Of a DNA stretch of 64,000 nt, positions 51,305-63,545 are shown piece by piece. The stretch covers positions 232,688,001 through 232,752,000 of the forward strand of contig NC_086097.1 of NCBI RefSeq assembly GCF_963921235.1, given 5' to 3'. Each line of letters opens with the position of its first letter. Position 1 is the first letter of the stretch. This stretch comes from Mobula hypostoma (lineage: Eukaryota). Below the pieces are notes generated by a model that worked only from the letters and a program-made list of their open reading frames with translations, was not told the origin of the DNA and made no database searches. The translations under genes were made by a program, and so were the position numbers.

Positions 51305-52113
51305 AATCAGAATTAGGTGTATTAGCACTGATATATGAGGTGAAATGTGTTGTTGTGCAGCAGCAGTGCAGTGCAATATATTAAAAATGACTGTATGCTA
51401 CAATGAAATATATAAAAAGTATGTGCATAAAGAGTGTGTCCATCAATATTTGCTGCACATCTCCGTGGCACCTCAATTTTTGTTACAGATACTGAAGCTA
51501 CCACTTTGAAGGTTCTGTTTGAAGGCTCTGACCCATTGATCTCCACAGTAGTAAAGTGGCAGCTACGATGTCTTCAGGCAGCTGCTGCATTGGAAAACAC
51601 ACATAGTGCTTTAGAATACTAAAATGGGGAGAAACTGCCCTGGTGAAATTTGTTAAAAAGAAAGGTAAATTCCTTTGATGTAGTAATTTGTAATAGGCGC
51701 TACAGTTGGGAATTTAGGCTAAAGGGAGCACATGTTTATCACATCAACTTTGGGGTGAAATCAAATTTCTAAACATCTCAATAGACAGATCACTTGGCAC
51801 ACAGGGGATGTAGAAGCACTACCTTTCAGTGTCAGTAATCTGGGTTCAATCCTGATCTAGGGTGCTGCCTATGTGGTGTTTGCACGTTTTCATGTGACCA
51901 TGTGGGTTTTCTGGCTTCCTCCTCTGTCCCAAACAAGTGTGAACTGGTAAGTTAATTAGTCAAACTAAATTGACCTTAGTGTGTGCGGGTGGTAGAAGCT
52001 GCAGGATTTGAGAATGTGGAATTAACGTGGCAATGGTTGAAGACTGCGTGGCCCAAAAAGTCAGTTTCCATGGTGTCTCTCAATAATATTATAACTCTAA
52101 GAACATTCAATTT
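51305..52113. repeat. Composite duplicated unit, copy B
   Basis: Direct-orientation homologue of 1740-2705 that lacks the hairpin insertion. Confidence 0.9.
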
Positions 52114-52155
52114 TCAGTTTTTCTCAGACTGTATAAGAACATATAATGATCTTGG

Positions 52156-52869
52156 TAACACAAAATGCTGGAGGAACTCAGCAAGTCAGGCAGCATCTAT
52201 GGAAATGAATAAAGAGTTGACTTTTCGGGCCGAGACCCTTCTTCAGGACTGGAAAGGAAGGGGAAAAGTGCCAGAACAAGAAGGTGGGGTAGGGGAAGGA
52301 GGATAGCTGGATGGTGATAGGTGAAGACAGGTGGGTGGGAAAGGTCAAGGGCTGGAGAAAAAGGAATCTGATATGAGGAGAGTGGACCAAAGGAGAAAGG
52401 GAAGGTGAAAGGAACCCTGGGTGAGGTGAAAGGCAGGTGAGAAGAGGTAAGAGGCCAGAGAGAAGAACAGAAAAAGAGGGGAGGGGGAGGCAATATTTTT
52501 TACCAGAAGGAGAAACTGCTATTCCTGAAATCAGGTTGCAGGCTACCCAGACAGAATACAAGGTGTTGCTCCTCCACCCTAAGGGTGACCTCTTCTTGGC
52601 ACAAGAGGAGGCCATGGACTGACATGAGGAAATGGGAATGGGAATTAAAATGTTTGGCCACTGGGAAGTTCCACTTTTGGCAGATGGAGTGGAGGTGCTC
52701 GATGAAGCCATCCCCCAATTTACTACGGGTCTCACCAATGAAGAGGAGGCTACATTGTAGCACCAGACACAATAGACGACTCCAGCAGATTCACAGGTGA
52801 AGTGTTGCCTAACCTGGAAGGACTGTTTGGGGCCCTAAATGGGGTTGAGGCAAGAAGTGAATGGGCAGC
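52156..52869 (-). mobile_element. Penelope 3' portion (GIY-YIG + pLTR)
   Basis: FIGETRSKLGDGFIEHL..FPVAKHFNS..EEQHLVFCLGSLQP; 9-bp TSD TGATCTTGG (52147-52155 and 52870-52878). Confidence 0.9.
52215..52250 (-). ncRNA. Minimal hammerhead motif (core boxes intact; stem I and III substitutions)
   Basis: AGTC-CTGAAGA-A-GGG-TCTCGG-CCC-GAAA-AGTC-AACT. Confidence 0.7.
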
Positions 52870-53547
52870 TGATCTTGGCATTTGAGTTACTGCTCTTTCT
52901 GTTACGTACAAACGTTCTATTTGTAGAAATACCTTGCCTATTATTGAAGTTTACACCTAAGACATAGGAGCATAATTAGGCTATTTGGCCCACTGAGGCT
53001 GCTCCACTATTCTGTAATGCCTGGTTTATCATCCCTCTCAACCCTATGCTCTTGTCTTCTCTCCATAACCATTGATGCCTTTACTAATCAAGAACTTATC
53101 ATCCTCTGCTTTAAATATACACATGGCACAAAGCTTGGAAATTAACAAACTGGAAGATAGATGACAGCAACATTTAGCAGTCTAATCATACTTTTGAATT
53201 GGATTGCAATAAATGGCCAAATAAATGAATCGGGTAATATTGCATTTTGGAAATAAAATCAGTAGGAGCAATATGAACTAAATGGTGCAATTTTAGGGAG
53301 CTCCAGGAACAAAACATGCCTTGGCATTCACATATAGGAAAGTTGAGAGACTGCAAACAAGTATGGAAGTTATTACAAACTTGTATTAATCAGTGGCTGT
53401 TACTCACCAAGAACACAGAATCTGATTCTGGGCACCATGCTTTTGGGAGGATGCCGTACACTTGAAAAGAGTGCAAAGATCTATCTAATCATATCAGAAA
53501 TTAAATTATGTAAAGAGATCAGAGAAACTTGTGATCAGAGAAAATAG

Positions 53548-53810
53548 TGGGCACTACGGTGGTGTACCAGTTAGCGTGATACTATTACAGCCCTAGTGAC
53601 CCTGGGTTCATCTCCCACTGTTATCTGTAAGAAATTCGTACATTCTCCCAGTGATCAAGTGGGTTTCCTCCAGGTGCTCCAGTTTCCTCCCACATCCCAA
53701 AGATGTAGGGGTCAGCAGGTTAATTGGTCACTTGGGTGCAATTGGGCAGTACAGGCTCGTCGGACCAGAAGGGCCTGTTACCATGCTGTATCCCCAAATA
53801 ACAAATAAAG
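53548..53810 (+). mobile_element. V-SINE (HE1-like); relatives at ~2410-2690 and ~51825-52100
   Basis: tRNA-like head, V-domain gtgggtttcctccaggtgctccagtttcctcccacatcccaaaga, and a CR1-like 3' end gaagggcctgtt. Confidence 0.8.
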
Positions 53811-54163
53811 ATAAAATAAACTGAGCTGTGCTTCTGAGAGCAAAATCATAAAGGGTTTTGACAGAACAAGTTGATAGGTATTGTTTCCATTCGAAAGAGG
53901 GACAGCAAATACAAACCAAAGATTTAAGATATTTGTCAAGCCATCTACAGGAGTGATAAGTTTTTCACTAATGCAGCAAACATTTGTGTATTTCCTGGAA
54001 AAGTGGTAGAAGCAAATTCAATAATTTCAATGAGAAATTTTGTATATTTCTAAAGAGGAAATACTAGCAGTGGTACAAAGTGGGACAAGTCTACTAGTCC
54101 TTTCTGAAAGGCACAAGTACAGAGATTCAAATAGCTTCCTTTGACAAGGGCCAGGTTAACATT

Positions 54164-54249
54164 CACAACACGCTGGAGGAACTCAGCAGGTCGGACAGCA
54201 TCCATGGAAAAGATTGGTCGACGCTTCAGGCCGGAACCCTTCATCCCGA
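54164..54249 (-). mobile_element. 86-bp Penelope 3'-end insertion
   Basis: TSD GTTAACATT (54155-54163 and 54250-54258); begins inside the hammerhead core. Confidence 0.75.
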
Positions 54250-54599
54250 GTTAACATTGTTGAAAGGGGAAATAATTAGTTCAAATAAACTTTAAGATGG
54301 TTTTAAAGGAAACTAAGGGGATGTTTTATTAAAATGTACATAAATATTGTCAGGAAAGATGAAAATAAGATACTTTGCTTACAATAATATCATTACAAAT
54401 ATGCATAACATAAGGGACTTTATAACACTGCTCTTTGCAAATCAGAATTGGAAATCTGGACTCCTCAAAATACATAGAACTCATAGATTCCAATTAACAG
54501 CATGAAGTAGTGTCACTGAGAAGACATAGAGTCAGAGTATAATACCAGGTGGAAACAGACCCTCCTGATCAACTCATCCATGCCAACCATACTACCACC

Positions 54600-55090
54600 A
54601 AACACAGCACGTCAGGCAGCATCTGTGGAGTGGAATAAACAGTCAACATTTCAGGCTGAGGTCAACACCAGGACTGGAAAGGAAGGGGGCACAAGCCCGA
54701 ATAAGAAGGGTAGGGCGAGGGAAAAGGAGCAGAGGATAGCAGGTATTAGGTGAGACTGGGTGAAGTGGGAAGGTGGGTGGGTGGGGGAGAGGGGATGAAG
54801 TGAGAAGCTGAGCAGTAATGGGTGGAAGAGGTAAAGGGATGAAGAAAAAGGAACCTGATCAGTGACGATAGTGGTCCATGAAAGAAAGGGAGGGAGTAGG
54901 AGAACTCGAGGGAGCTGACGGGCAGGTGAGGAGAAGAAGAGCAGTAAGAGGGTAGCCAGAATGGGGAATGGAATAAGATTCCTCTCCAAAATGCCAGAAA
55001 TGTTGATTGTTTATTCTTCCATTGACACTGCCTGAGATACTCCAGCATTTTTTGTGTGTTGCTCAAGATTTCCAGCATCTGCCATATCTG
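54600..55090. mobile_element. Penelope pLTR fragment with an inverted terminal piece
   Basis: gtcaggcagcatctgtgg..caggactggaaagg (-), followed by gacactgcctgag..ctccagcatttt..ttccagcatctgc (+). Confidence 0.7.
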
Positions 55091-55339
55091 TTGTGTTTAC
55101 CCACAAACTCATCCTATTTGCCTGCATTGGGCCCAGATGCCTCTAAGCCTGTCCTAGCCAAATGCCTTTTGAAAGTTGTCATTGGTTTTCTTTGGCATTT
55201 CATCCCGTGTACTCTCCACTTTCTGTGTGAAGAAGTTGCCCCTCAGTTCCCTTTTAAATCTTCCTCCTCTCAACTTAAACCTATGACCTTTCCTGGTTAA
55301 AAAAAAAATAATATGTATGTTCATGTTTGGATGAAGAGT

Positions 55340-55760
55340 GTGACAAGGTCTGGACCCCAGTTATCCTGGTGAAACTCAAACTAGGCATTGGCAAGCATGT
55401 GATTTGTTGCAAATGCCCATTGATAGCACTGTCAGTGGCAGCCCCAGCACTTTGCTAATCATTGTGACTAGACAGGGCAATAATTGGCCGGAATAGGCTT
55501 GCCTCGATTTGTAGGCATAGCTATGCAATGTTTCATATTGTTGGATAGATGCCAAAATACTGTACCGGGCCAGCCTAAGTGGAGGTAGAGTTAGTGCAAG
55601 TTTTGAGTACTATAGCTGGGATGTTGTCTATTCCTCTGACCCTTGCTTTCTCCAGCACTCTCAAATGTTTCTTGATATGAATCAAATCAGCTGAAGACTG
55701 GCTTCTGTGATAGTGGGTATTGTAGGAGAAAGTGAGATGGATTATCCAGTCTGTACTCCT
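55340..55760 (-). mobile_element. Ancient LINE RT-region fragment
   Basis: IKKHLRVLEKARVRGIDNIPAIVLKTC resembles the pre-RT KAxGxDxIP motif. Confidence 0.55.
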
Positions 55761-56649
55761 AACGGAATGTGATTGCAAATTAATCAACCTTTATCTGGCA
55801 TACATGTGCAGGTTTCACCATTGTTGGGGTTTGATCTTTAAAAGATGTAACTATAATGCGTTTTCTGATGATAGAAATTCTTGTTGCCCTTTTGGGAGAT
55901 TTTGAATTGGGGCGGCCTGCAGATGATGAACACTGAGCTGTACTGAATACGCCTGAACTCTTCCAATTTTTGTGTTTTATTTTCTGTGCTTTTTGCTCAT
56001 TTTTTTGTTGCTGTTGGTGTGAATTGTTCTTTTTTCGCGTGGGGGGTGGTGGTGGTGGTTGATGTTTCTCTTTGACAGGTTCCATGATTTCTTTTGTTTG
56101 TGACTGTCTGTGGGGAAGATAATTCTCAGGGTTGGACACAGCATACATACTTTGAAAATAAATGTACTTTGACTTTGACTTGAGATGATTATGTATGAAA
56201 GAGTATTTTCTAATATTGAAACAAACCTTTATTGCTCTAACAAGACTTAATTTCTTTTTTAAGGATTTTTTTCATGCAATAAGGAGCCATTCTAAATTGA
56301 TGTACACCATAACTTTATTTTCCTAACTATCTCCTGTTTCCTAACTGTGTGGCAGGAATGCAGGGTTAAGGATTGGTTTATCCCTAGCTTGATAATAATG
56401 ATACATTGAGAGATATGCGAGGTCATGAGGTTTACAGTTGCAATGGTTTTTATTTCTGCAGCTGATGGTCCACAGCCAATTGCAGACGTCTATTTTTGAG
56501 CTGATCCCTTGAACTCAAGATCCTGTGATTTAGAACTCCGCAGATCTGTGGAGCACACTTGCAACATAGTCACATAATGTTATGTAAAGATTCCTAGTAT
56601 AAAGTCACATCTGTATACTCTTTGTTAATAATAACTGTTGATGAGTTGA

Positions 56650-58340
56650 TATGCTTGGTAAACTTGCTCTATCTCCTTGGTTCGATCCCTTCCCACCTAC
56701 ATCCACAACATTTCATATGCTCTTGATCTCCTCAATAACTTTCAATTCCCTGGCCATGATCACCTCATTTTCACCACTGATGTGCAGACCCAATACATAT
56801 TTATCTCCCATCAAGAAGGCCTTAAAGCTCTCCGCTTCTTTCTCAATAAAAGAACCAACCAGTTCCCCTCCACCACCACCCTGTTCCATCTGGCAGAACT
56901 GGTCCTCATCATAAACAATTTGTCCTTTGACTTCTCCCACTTTCTCCAGACCTAAGGGGTAGCCATGGGCACCTGCATGGGTCCCAACTATGCCAGCCTT
57001 TTCTTTGGCTGTGTAGAAAAGTCCATGTTCCAAGCCTTTCCTGGTAATGTTCCTCAACTCTTTCTCTGCACACTGATGACTGCATTGGTGCTCCTTCATC
57101 ACTCATGCTGAGATCAATTTAATCAACTTTGCCTCCAACTTCCACCATGCCCTTAAATTCAATTAGTCCATTTCCAACACCTCTCTCCCCTTTCTTGAGC
57201 TCTTTGTCTCCATTTCTGGAGAGAAACCGATATCTTTTATGAACCTACCAATTGCCGCAGCTATCTTGACTATACCTCTTCCCAACATGTCTCCTGTAAA
57301 AATGCTGTTCTCTTTTCTCAGTTCCTTCATCTCTGCCGCATCCCAGGATGAGGTTTTCCATTCCAGGACATCAGAGGTGTCTTCTTTCTTCAAAGAACGG
57401 GGTTTCCCTTCCTCTGCCATTGATGCTGCCATCACCTGCATTTCCTCCATTTCCTGGAAATCCACGCTCACCCCATCTTCCCATTGCCTTAAGAAGGATA
57501 CAGTTCCTCTTGTCCTCACCTACCACCTCACGATCTCCAATTCAATATATCATTCTCTGTAACTTCCACCATCTTCAACGGAATCCTTCCACTAAATACA
57601 TCTTTACCTTTCCTCCTCTCTCCACTTTCTGCAGGAATCGCTCCCTCCATGATTCCCTTGTCCATTCATCCCTTCCCACTAATCTCTTTCCTGGCACATA
57701 CTCCTGCAAGCAACAGAGGTTCTACACCTACCCATTTACCTCCTCCCTTACCCCCAAACAGTCCTTCCAGCTGAGGCAACATTTCACTTGTCAACCTTCT
57801 GGAGTATTCCGCTGAATTCCCAGTAAGGCCCGATGCAGCCTTTCTACATTGGTGAAACCTGACGCAAGTTTGGTGATCGCTTTGTCAAGCACCTACGATC
57901 CCACCACCAAGAGCGGAATTTCCCAGTGGCCAACCACTTTAATTCCTGTCCCCGTTACCGTGCCAACATGTCAGTCCGTGGGCTCCTCCTTTCCACAATG
58001 AAGTCACTCTCAGGATGAAGGAGCAACACCTCATATTCCACCTGCATAGTCTACAACCTGATGGCATTAACTTCAATCTCTGCGTTTGGTAAAAATTCCC
58101 CCCATACTTCCTTCTTCTTCTATTCCCCCTCTGGCCTTTTACCTGTTCTACTTACCTCCCTATTACCTCCCCTTGGTGCCCCTCCTCCTTTCCCTCCTCC
58201 CATGATCCACTATCCTTTCCAATCAGGCTCCTCCTTCTCCAGCCCTTTACCTTTCCCACACACCTGGCTTCACTTTACCATTTTCTAGCTTGTCCTCCTT
58301 CCCCTCCCCACCTTTTTATTCTGGCAACTTCCTTTCCATT
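56650..58340 (+). mobile_element. Decayed Penelope-like retroelement (RT + GIY-YIG + 3' UTR)
   Basis: LPTYI..LIFTTDV..SHQEGLKALRFFL..LAELVLIINNLSF..HFLQT, GVAMGTCMGPNYA, and GIY-YIG remnants (YIGET..FGDRFV.HL) near 57850; many frameshifts. Confidence 0.88.
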
Positions 58341-59674
58341 TTGTCCGTGTTGCTGTGATATACTGTCAGTCGTCAGTAGCTTTATTATTTTTATGTTTAG
58401 GGCAGTAGCAAGTAATCACTTATTTCACATTGCTTGAGCTCCTTTTCAGACTGAGCAACCTAACTCATGAATAAAATTGATCAAAAATATCATACAATTT
58501 AATAAGAACTTTGCTAAGTTCTTTTTATCTATTAATCAGCATTTTATTGCCTTTAGTAGGGAAATTATGGAGCTGAATTGAGTAATAGGCATGAAAGTTT
58601 TAAGAGATACAACCATAATATATTTTCTGATAGAAATTCTGTAAGATCATCATCTAAGAAAGAATATTGTCAAATATTGAAATAAACCTTTATTACACTA
58701 ACAGGATTTCACTTATCTTCTCAATTAAGGATTTTTTGGGCAGTAAATTTGATGTACATCATAATTTTCTATTGTAAGATTTCTGGAAGGAGATATGAGC
58801 TGAATAAGATCAATCTTTTTCTCAGAGTGGAATTTTAGGCTTACAGAATGTAATAAAGGGGCAATACAAAAATAGTCATTAGTAGCAATACGCTGGTGTT
58901 AACATCTATCATGTTATCTGTGCATACAGCACTGCATGGGTTTTAAAACAAGTAATTATGTATGTCAATTTGTCATAACGCAAATCCCTGCAGAAGGGTT
59001 ACTATTCCTTTCTACTTTTGAACAGCAAAGCTTACTGAATATATTAATAACTCTATTGAGTATTTGTTATGGCAAGTGATCATCTCCTATTGCATTATTA
59101 AATCCGAGAACAGTCATTGAATTGTGTGTTCAAAGACCGACATTCAAAATGTTTTAATCTAAGCTTTCATTTAACATCAGAAATATTGAAAACCATATAA
59201 TTTATGGTTGTTGAAAGATTCTTCACCTGCTGTAATTCTTATTGTCCTATATGAATGGTGAGCAATTCATCTAACCCACAGTCAGTATTCCTCTTCCAAT
59301 TCTTTTGAACTATATCTCCTCCAGAGAATACTTTTGCTTTTAAAATTGCATGGGTGTGATTTTAACCCTACTCAACCGGCAGGAATAGACCAGACAGTTC
59401 ACATGTCACTGGCTTCTTTGAAGCCTGCTGCCTTTAATCTTAACCTTCTTATCTGAATAGCTGGTAAAGGCTGCCACCCAAAGCAACTGGATTCTTTGCT
59501 TATTAAGATATTTTTGGGCTTTGATCATCATTTTAATTTTTGGCCATTCTCTCAGCAGTCGTTACTACCGCAACAGAAAATTACTAAGTGAGAAAGACAT
59601 TGGATAGAACGACATTGACCCGAAATGCTAATTCTGTTTCTCTCTTTCTAGCACTACTATTTACATTTGGTAAA

Positions 59675-59893
59675 CACAAGAAAATCTGCAGACACTGGAA
59701 ATCCAGAGTAACACACACAAAATGCTGGAGGAACTCAGCACGTCAGGTAGCAGCTATGGAAAGGAATAAAGAGTCTGCGTTTCGGGGCATTTGTATTATT
59801 AGCTGAAACCCTTGGCTGAAATGTTGATTGTTTATTCCTTTCCACAGATGCTGCCTGACCTGCTGAGTTCTTCCAGCATTTTGTGCATGTTAC
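59675..59893. mobile_element. Palindromic Penelope-derived element (older)
   Basis: Inverted arms aaatgctggaggaactcagca / tgctgagttcttccagcattt. Confidence 0.75.
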
Positions 59894-60474
59894 TCTCATT
59901 TGAGCTCTCCTTCACCTACAGAGTTTTGCTTCAGTAACAGAGGCCTTATGAGGTCGGGTGTAAGATTTGACTGGGGCCACAGTGCACAGACTTAATTCTA
60001 TCCCCAGTTTATTGAGATAGATTCTATCCTTGTTTTTATGTTTTCATTAAGATATTCTTTTCACATGGATTTTGGAACCTGCCTATTTAAACAAAAGAAC
60101 CCTGTAATTACACAGTCTAAGTAATGGGTACTCAGTAGTAGCTCCTTATTGAAAGGATATGATTATAGCATGACAATTTCAGAAAGGACTATGTATGATA
60201 CATGTGGTTACAGAAATTTATCATGGTAAGAGTTGTCACGAGACATAAGAAATGAAACACAGCACTGTAATTACAAAAAATAGAACTGTGAATAAGAGGG
60301 TGATTTTTATACTGCCAGCAGCACTAAGCAGAAATGCAAGGAGCTGATCTTAAAGAAAGCTCAAAGAAGAGGATTGCAACAATGCGAGGCTTGAGGGGGA
60401 ATATTTTATAGCGTGTGGTATTTTTGTCAGCCTAACTGTGCACAAGTCATTGCTAAAACCATTATGACCAATAC

Positions 60475-60952
60475 ACCATAAGACACAGGAGCAAAATTAG
60501 GCCCTTCGTTCCAATGCGTTTACTCTGGCGATTCATTTCCCTCTCAATCCTATTCTCCTGCCTTCTCCCTGTAACCGGTCATGCCCTGACCAATCAAGAC
60601 TTTATCAATCTCCATCTTAAATACACCCAATGACCTGACCTCCACAGCTACCTGTGGCAATAAATTTTATGGATTCACCACCCTCTGGCTAAAGAAATTC
60701 CTCCTCATCTCTGTTCTAAATGGACATCCCTCTACTCTGAGGCTGTGACCTCTGGTCCTAGACTCCCCCACTACAGGAAGCATCCTTTCCACATCCACTC
60801 TATCTAGGCCTTTCAACATCTGATAGATTTCAATAAGAACCCTCTTCTAAATTCCAGCGAGTACAGGCCCAGAGCCATCAAACAGTCCTCATAAGCTAAC
60901 CCTTTCATACCTGGAATCATTCTCATGAACCTCCTGTGAGCCCTCTCCAATG
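60475..60952 (-). mobile_element. CR1 3' fragment
   Basis: Same sequence family as 4735-5230 and 22582-23305. Confidence 0.85.
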
Positions 60953-61043
60953 TCGGGTACTGTACGTATCAAATTAGCAGAGCCCAAGTCCTAGAGTGCG
61001 GGATGACCTGGGGTTTAAGTGCTGGACCAGATTGAAATGGTTT

Positions 61044-61569
61044 CAGACATCCCACCCTGCAAAAACTCATTTCAGGGAGGTAGCACCATCAATTCGTGGG
61101 AGACTCCTGGAACTTCCGGGAGAGGTGGGATGTCTGCAGTAGAATAGCTCCTTAGCAGCTAGCCAGCTAGTTTAAATAATGTTAGCTATGCTAATGAATG
61201 AATGATACCTGTTAAACTCACCTCAACATGTCTGTTACAGTCTTAATCCACCATGGGCAACAGAAAAGTCACTGTTGCAAACAGTGCAGCGAGCAACACT
61301 ACCATTATTTTTGATCCCTATTAAGCAGGGGTACACTTTAGGGTAGTCTGGGGTGACGTACGTTTTATATTTTCTTTTTTTGGAACACTCTGTCATGGCG
61401 CGCTCTCTCTCTCGTGCACTCTCGCTCTCGCGATCGCTCTCTCTTGCTCTCTCTCACTCGCTCTCAAAAAAATTGATTTCCGGGATATTGTATGTAATTT
61501 GCAGGCATCAGGGAGCCACTATTAATGTGCGGGAGACTCCCGGAACTTCCAGAAGAGGTGGGATGTCTG
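61044..61569 (-). mobile_element. Non-autonomous hAT-like DNA transposon with a BED-finger exon remnant
   Basis: Perfect 13-bp TIRs CAGACATCCCACC / GGTGGGATGTCTG and a 6-bp TSD TGGTTT (61038-61043 and 61570-61575). Region 61396-61222(-) encodes MTECSKKRKYK...ARCTVCNSDFSVAHGGL[fs]DCNRHVE|GTGAGT. Confidence 0.85.
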
Positions 61570-62269
61570 TGGTTTGGGTGTCGGAGTCGGAGGCGAGAGA
61601 TGGGCCTGCCCCGTGGGGTTTGCTCATCTCTGTGCAGGACTGAGGCTGTGGCTGGTAGCTAATGGATGCCTGGATCAGTCGCAGTGATGCCTAATGTTAC
61701 GAACTTCAGTTCTGAATGCTGTTCACTTACTTTTATTGTTCACATGGTTTACTTTTTTCTTTCTCTGCACACTGGGTGTTTGAAGGTCTTCTTTTGTTAT
61801 TAATGGGTTCTATTTGGGTTCTTTGCTTCATGGCTGCCTGGAAGGAGATGAATCTGAAGGCTGCATAAAGAATATGTACTTTGATAAAATGTACTTTGAA
61901 CTTTGTCAGCACTTCCCAAAACAGAGAAGTTGCAAATGAGAACAAGTCAAGAACTAATAACTTTTGACTTGAGAAACTTTTTCCCTGTGCCATACATGAC
62001 TGAAAGTGCTCAAACATTATGAAATTCTGTAAGTGGTTTGAGGAATACAATAGCAGAGAAATTTGATCACATGGTGCATTATATTTCAGCGCTATAGCTT
62101 TGAAAACACACTTTGACTGGAGTGGAACATGATAATAGCCATTACTGGAGGTTATCTGCTACTCTGGGAATCCGACCAGGCTTTAGACTAAATGAGAGCT
62201 TCATGGTGGAATGGTACATAAAATGCTATGGAGAGAAAGTATGCAGTGAAGGGAAGGGATTGGTGTAAG

Positions 62270-63340
62270 GATAATCTAATGAAGGAAAAGTCAAAATAGG
62301 AAACTATAGACTGGTTGGCTTAACATTAGACATCAGGAAAATACTAGTTTTAAAGGAAGTGATAACAAGACACTTAGAAAATATCAGTCAGATTAGAAAA
62401 TGACAGCACGGATTAATGAAAGAGAAATCGTGTTTGACAAACCTACTGGATTTATTTTACAGAGAGCTAGTAGAAATAGTTTACTTGCATTTTCAAGAGG
62501 TCTTTGATAAAGCACCACTGAAGGTGCTAGCATACAATATTAAAGCAGAGAGGACTTGGGAGCAAAATACTGGCAAAGATTGAAACTAATTAAAATAGAG
62601 TAAATGCAAATTGGTATTCTTTGAGGTGGGACATAGTAACTAGGTCAATAAATAAAACAGCTAGTTTCCAGCTTTTCAGAACATACAGCAATAATTCGGG
62701 CAAGAGAACAGAATGCAATATTTATAGATTTGTTGAATACTCAAAGCTGGAAGGCATGTGAGTTGTGAGGACACAAAGAGACTTTGAGGTAATTTTTACA
62801 AATGGGATGTATAGACAAAAAGATGGTAAATACACCAGAATGTGTTGAATGTTAAGTTTTTCATCTTGGTAAGAAAAGAATCTCAGTAAAGCAGAATATC
62901 ACTTAAACAGTGATTGGTTAGGAAATGTTAATGTATGAGGGATCTGAGAGCTTTTATACAGCAGTCACTCAAAGCAAACACATAGGTTCAGCAAGTTGTT
63001 GAAAAATAAATGGTACGTTGGCCTCACAAGAGTGCTTGAGTACAGAAACGAGGATGTCTTAGCTCACTTGTACAGGGGATGATGAGATCATGACAGGAGC
63101 ACTGTGTGCAGTTTTGGTCTCCTTTCCTAAAAAGAAGGAATATACTTCCCACAGAGGGAGTTTAACAAAAGTTCACCTGGGATGCTGGGACCGTTGTTTG
63201 AAGAAATATGGTCAACTAAGCTTGAATTCATCAGTGTTTAGAAGATTAAGACGAGATCTTATTGCAACATATTAAATGCTGGCAGGATCAAAAAAACTGG
63301 AATTGGGGAAGATAATTCCTGGGCTGGAGGGTTTACAACA
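62270..63340 (+). mobile_element. Ancient, highly decayed CR1 LINE
   Basis: GNYRLVGLT, QHGLMKEKSCLTNLL, VYLHFQEVFDKAP and RRLRRDLIATY. Confidence 0.7.
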
Positions 63341-63364
63341 ATCTTGACCTTAAATATTTACTCC

Positions 63365-63545
63365 AACTGTCCTTGAACCTGATGACGTGGGACTTAAAGC
63401 TCCTGTATTTCCTTCCCAATGGCAGCAGCAAGAGAGCATGGCCTGGATGGTGGGGATGATGGATGCAGCTTTCTTGTGGTAGAACTCCTTGTAGGTGTGC
63501 TCAATGGTGGGGAGGGCTTTGCCCGTGATTTTCTGTCCCTGTGCA
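63365..63545 (-). mobile_element. Rex1/Babar 3' fragment
   Basis: ITGKALPTIEHTYKEFYHKKAASII. Confidence 0.7.
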
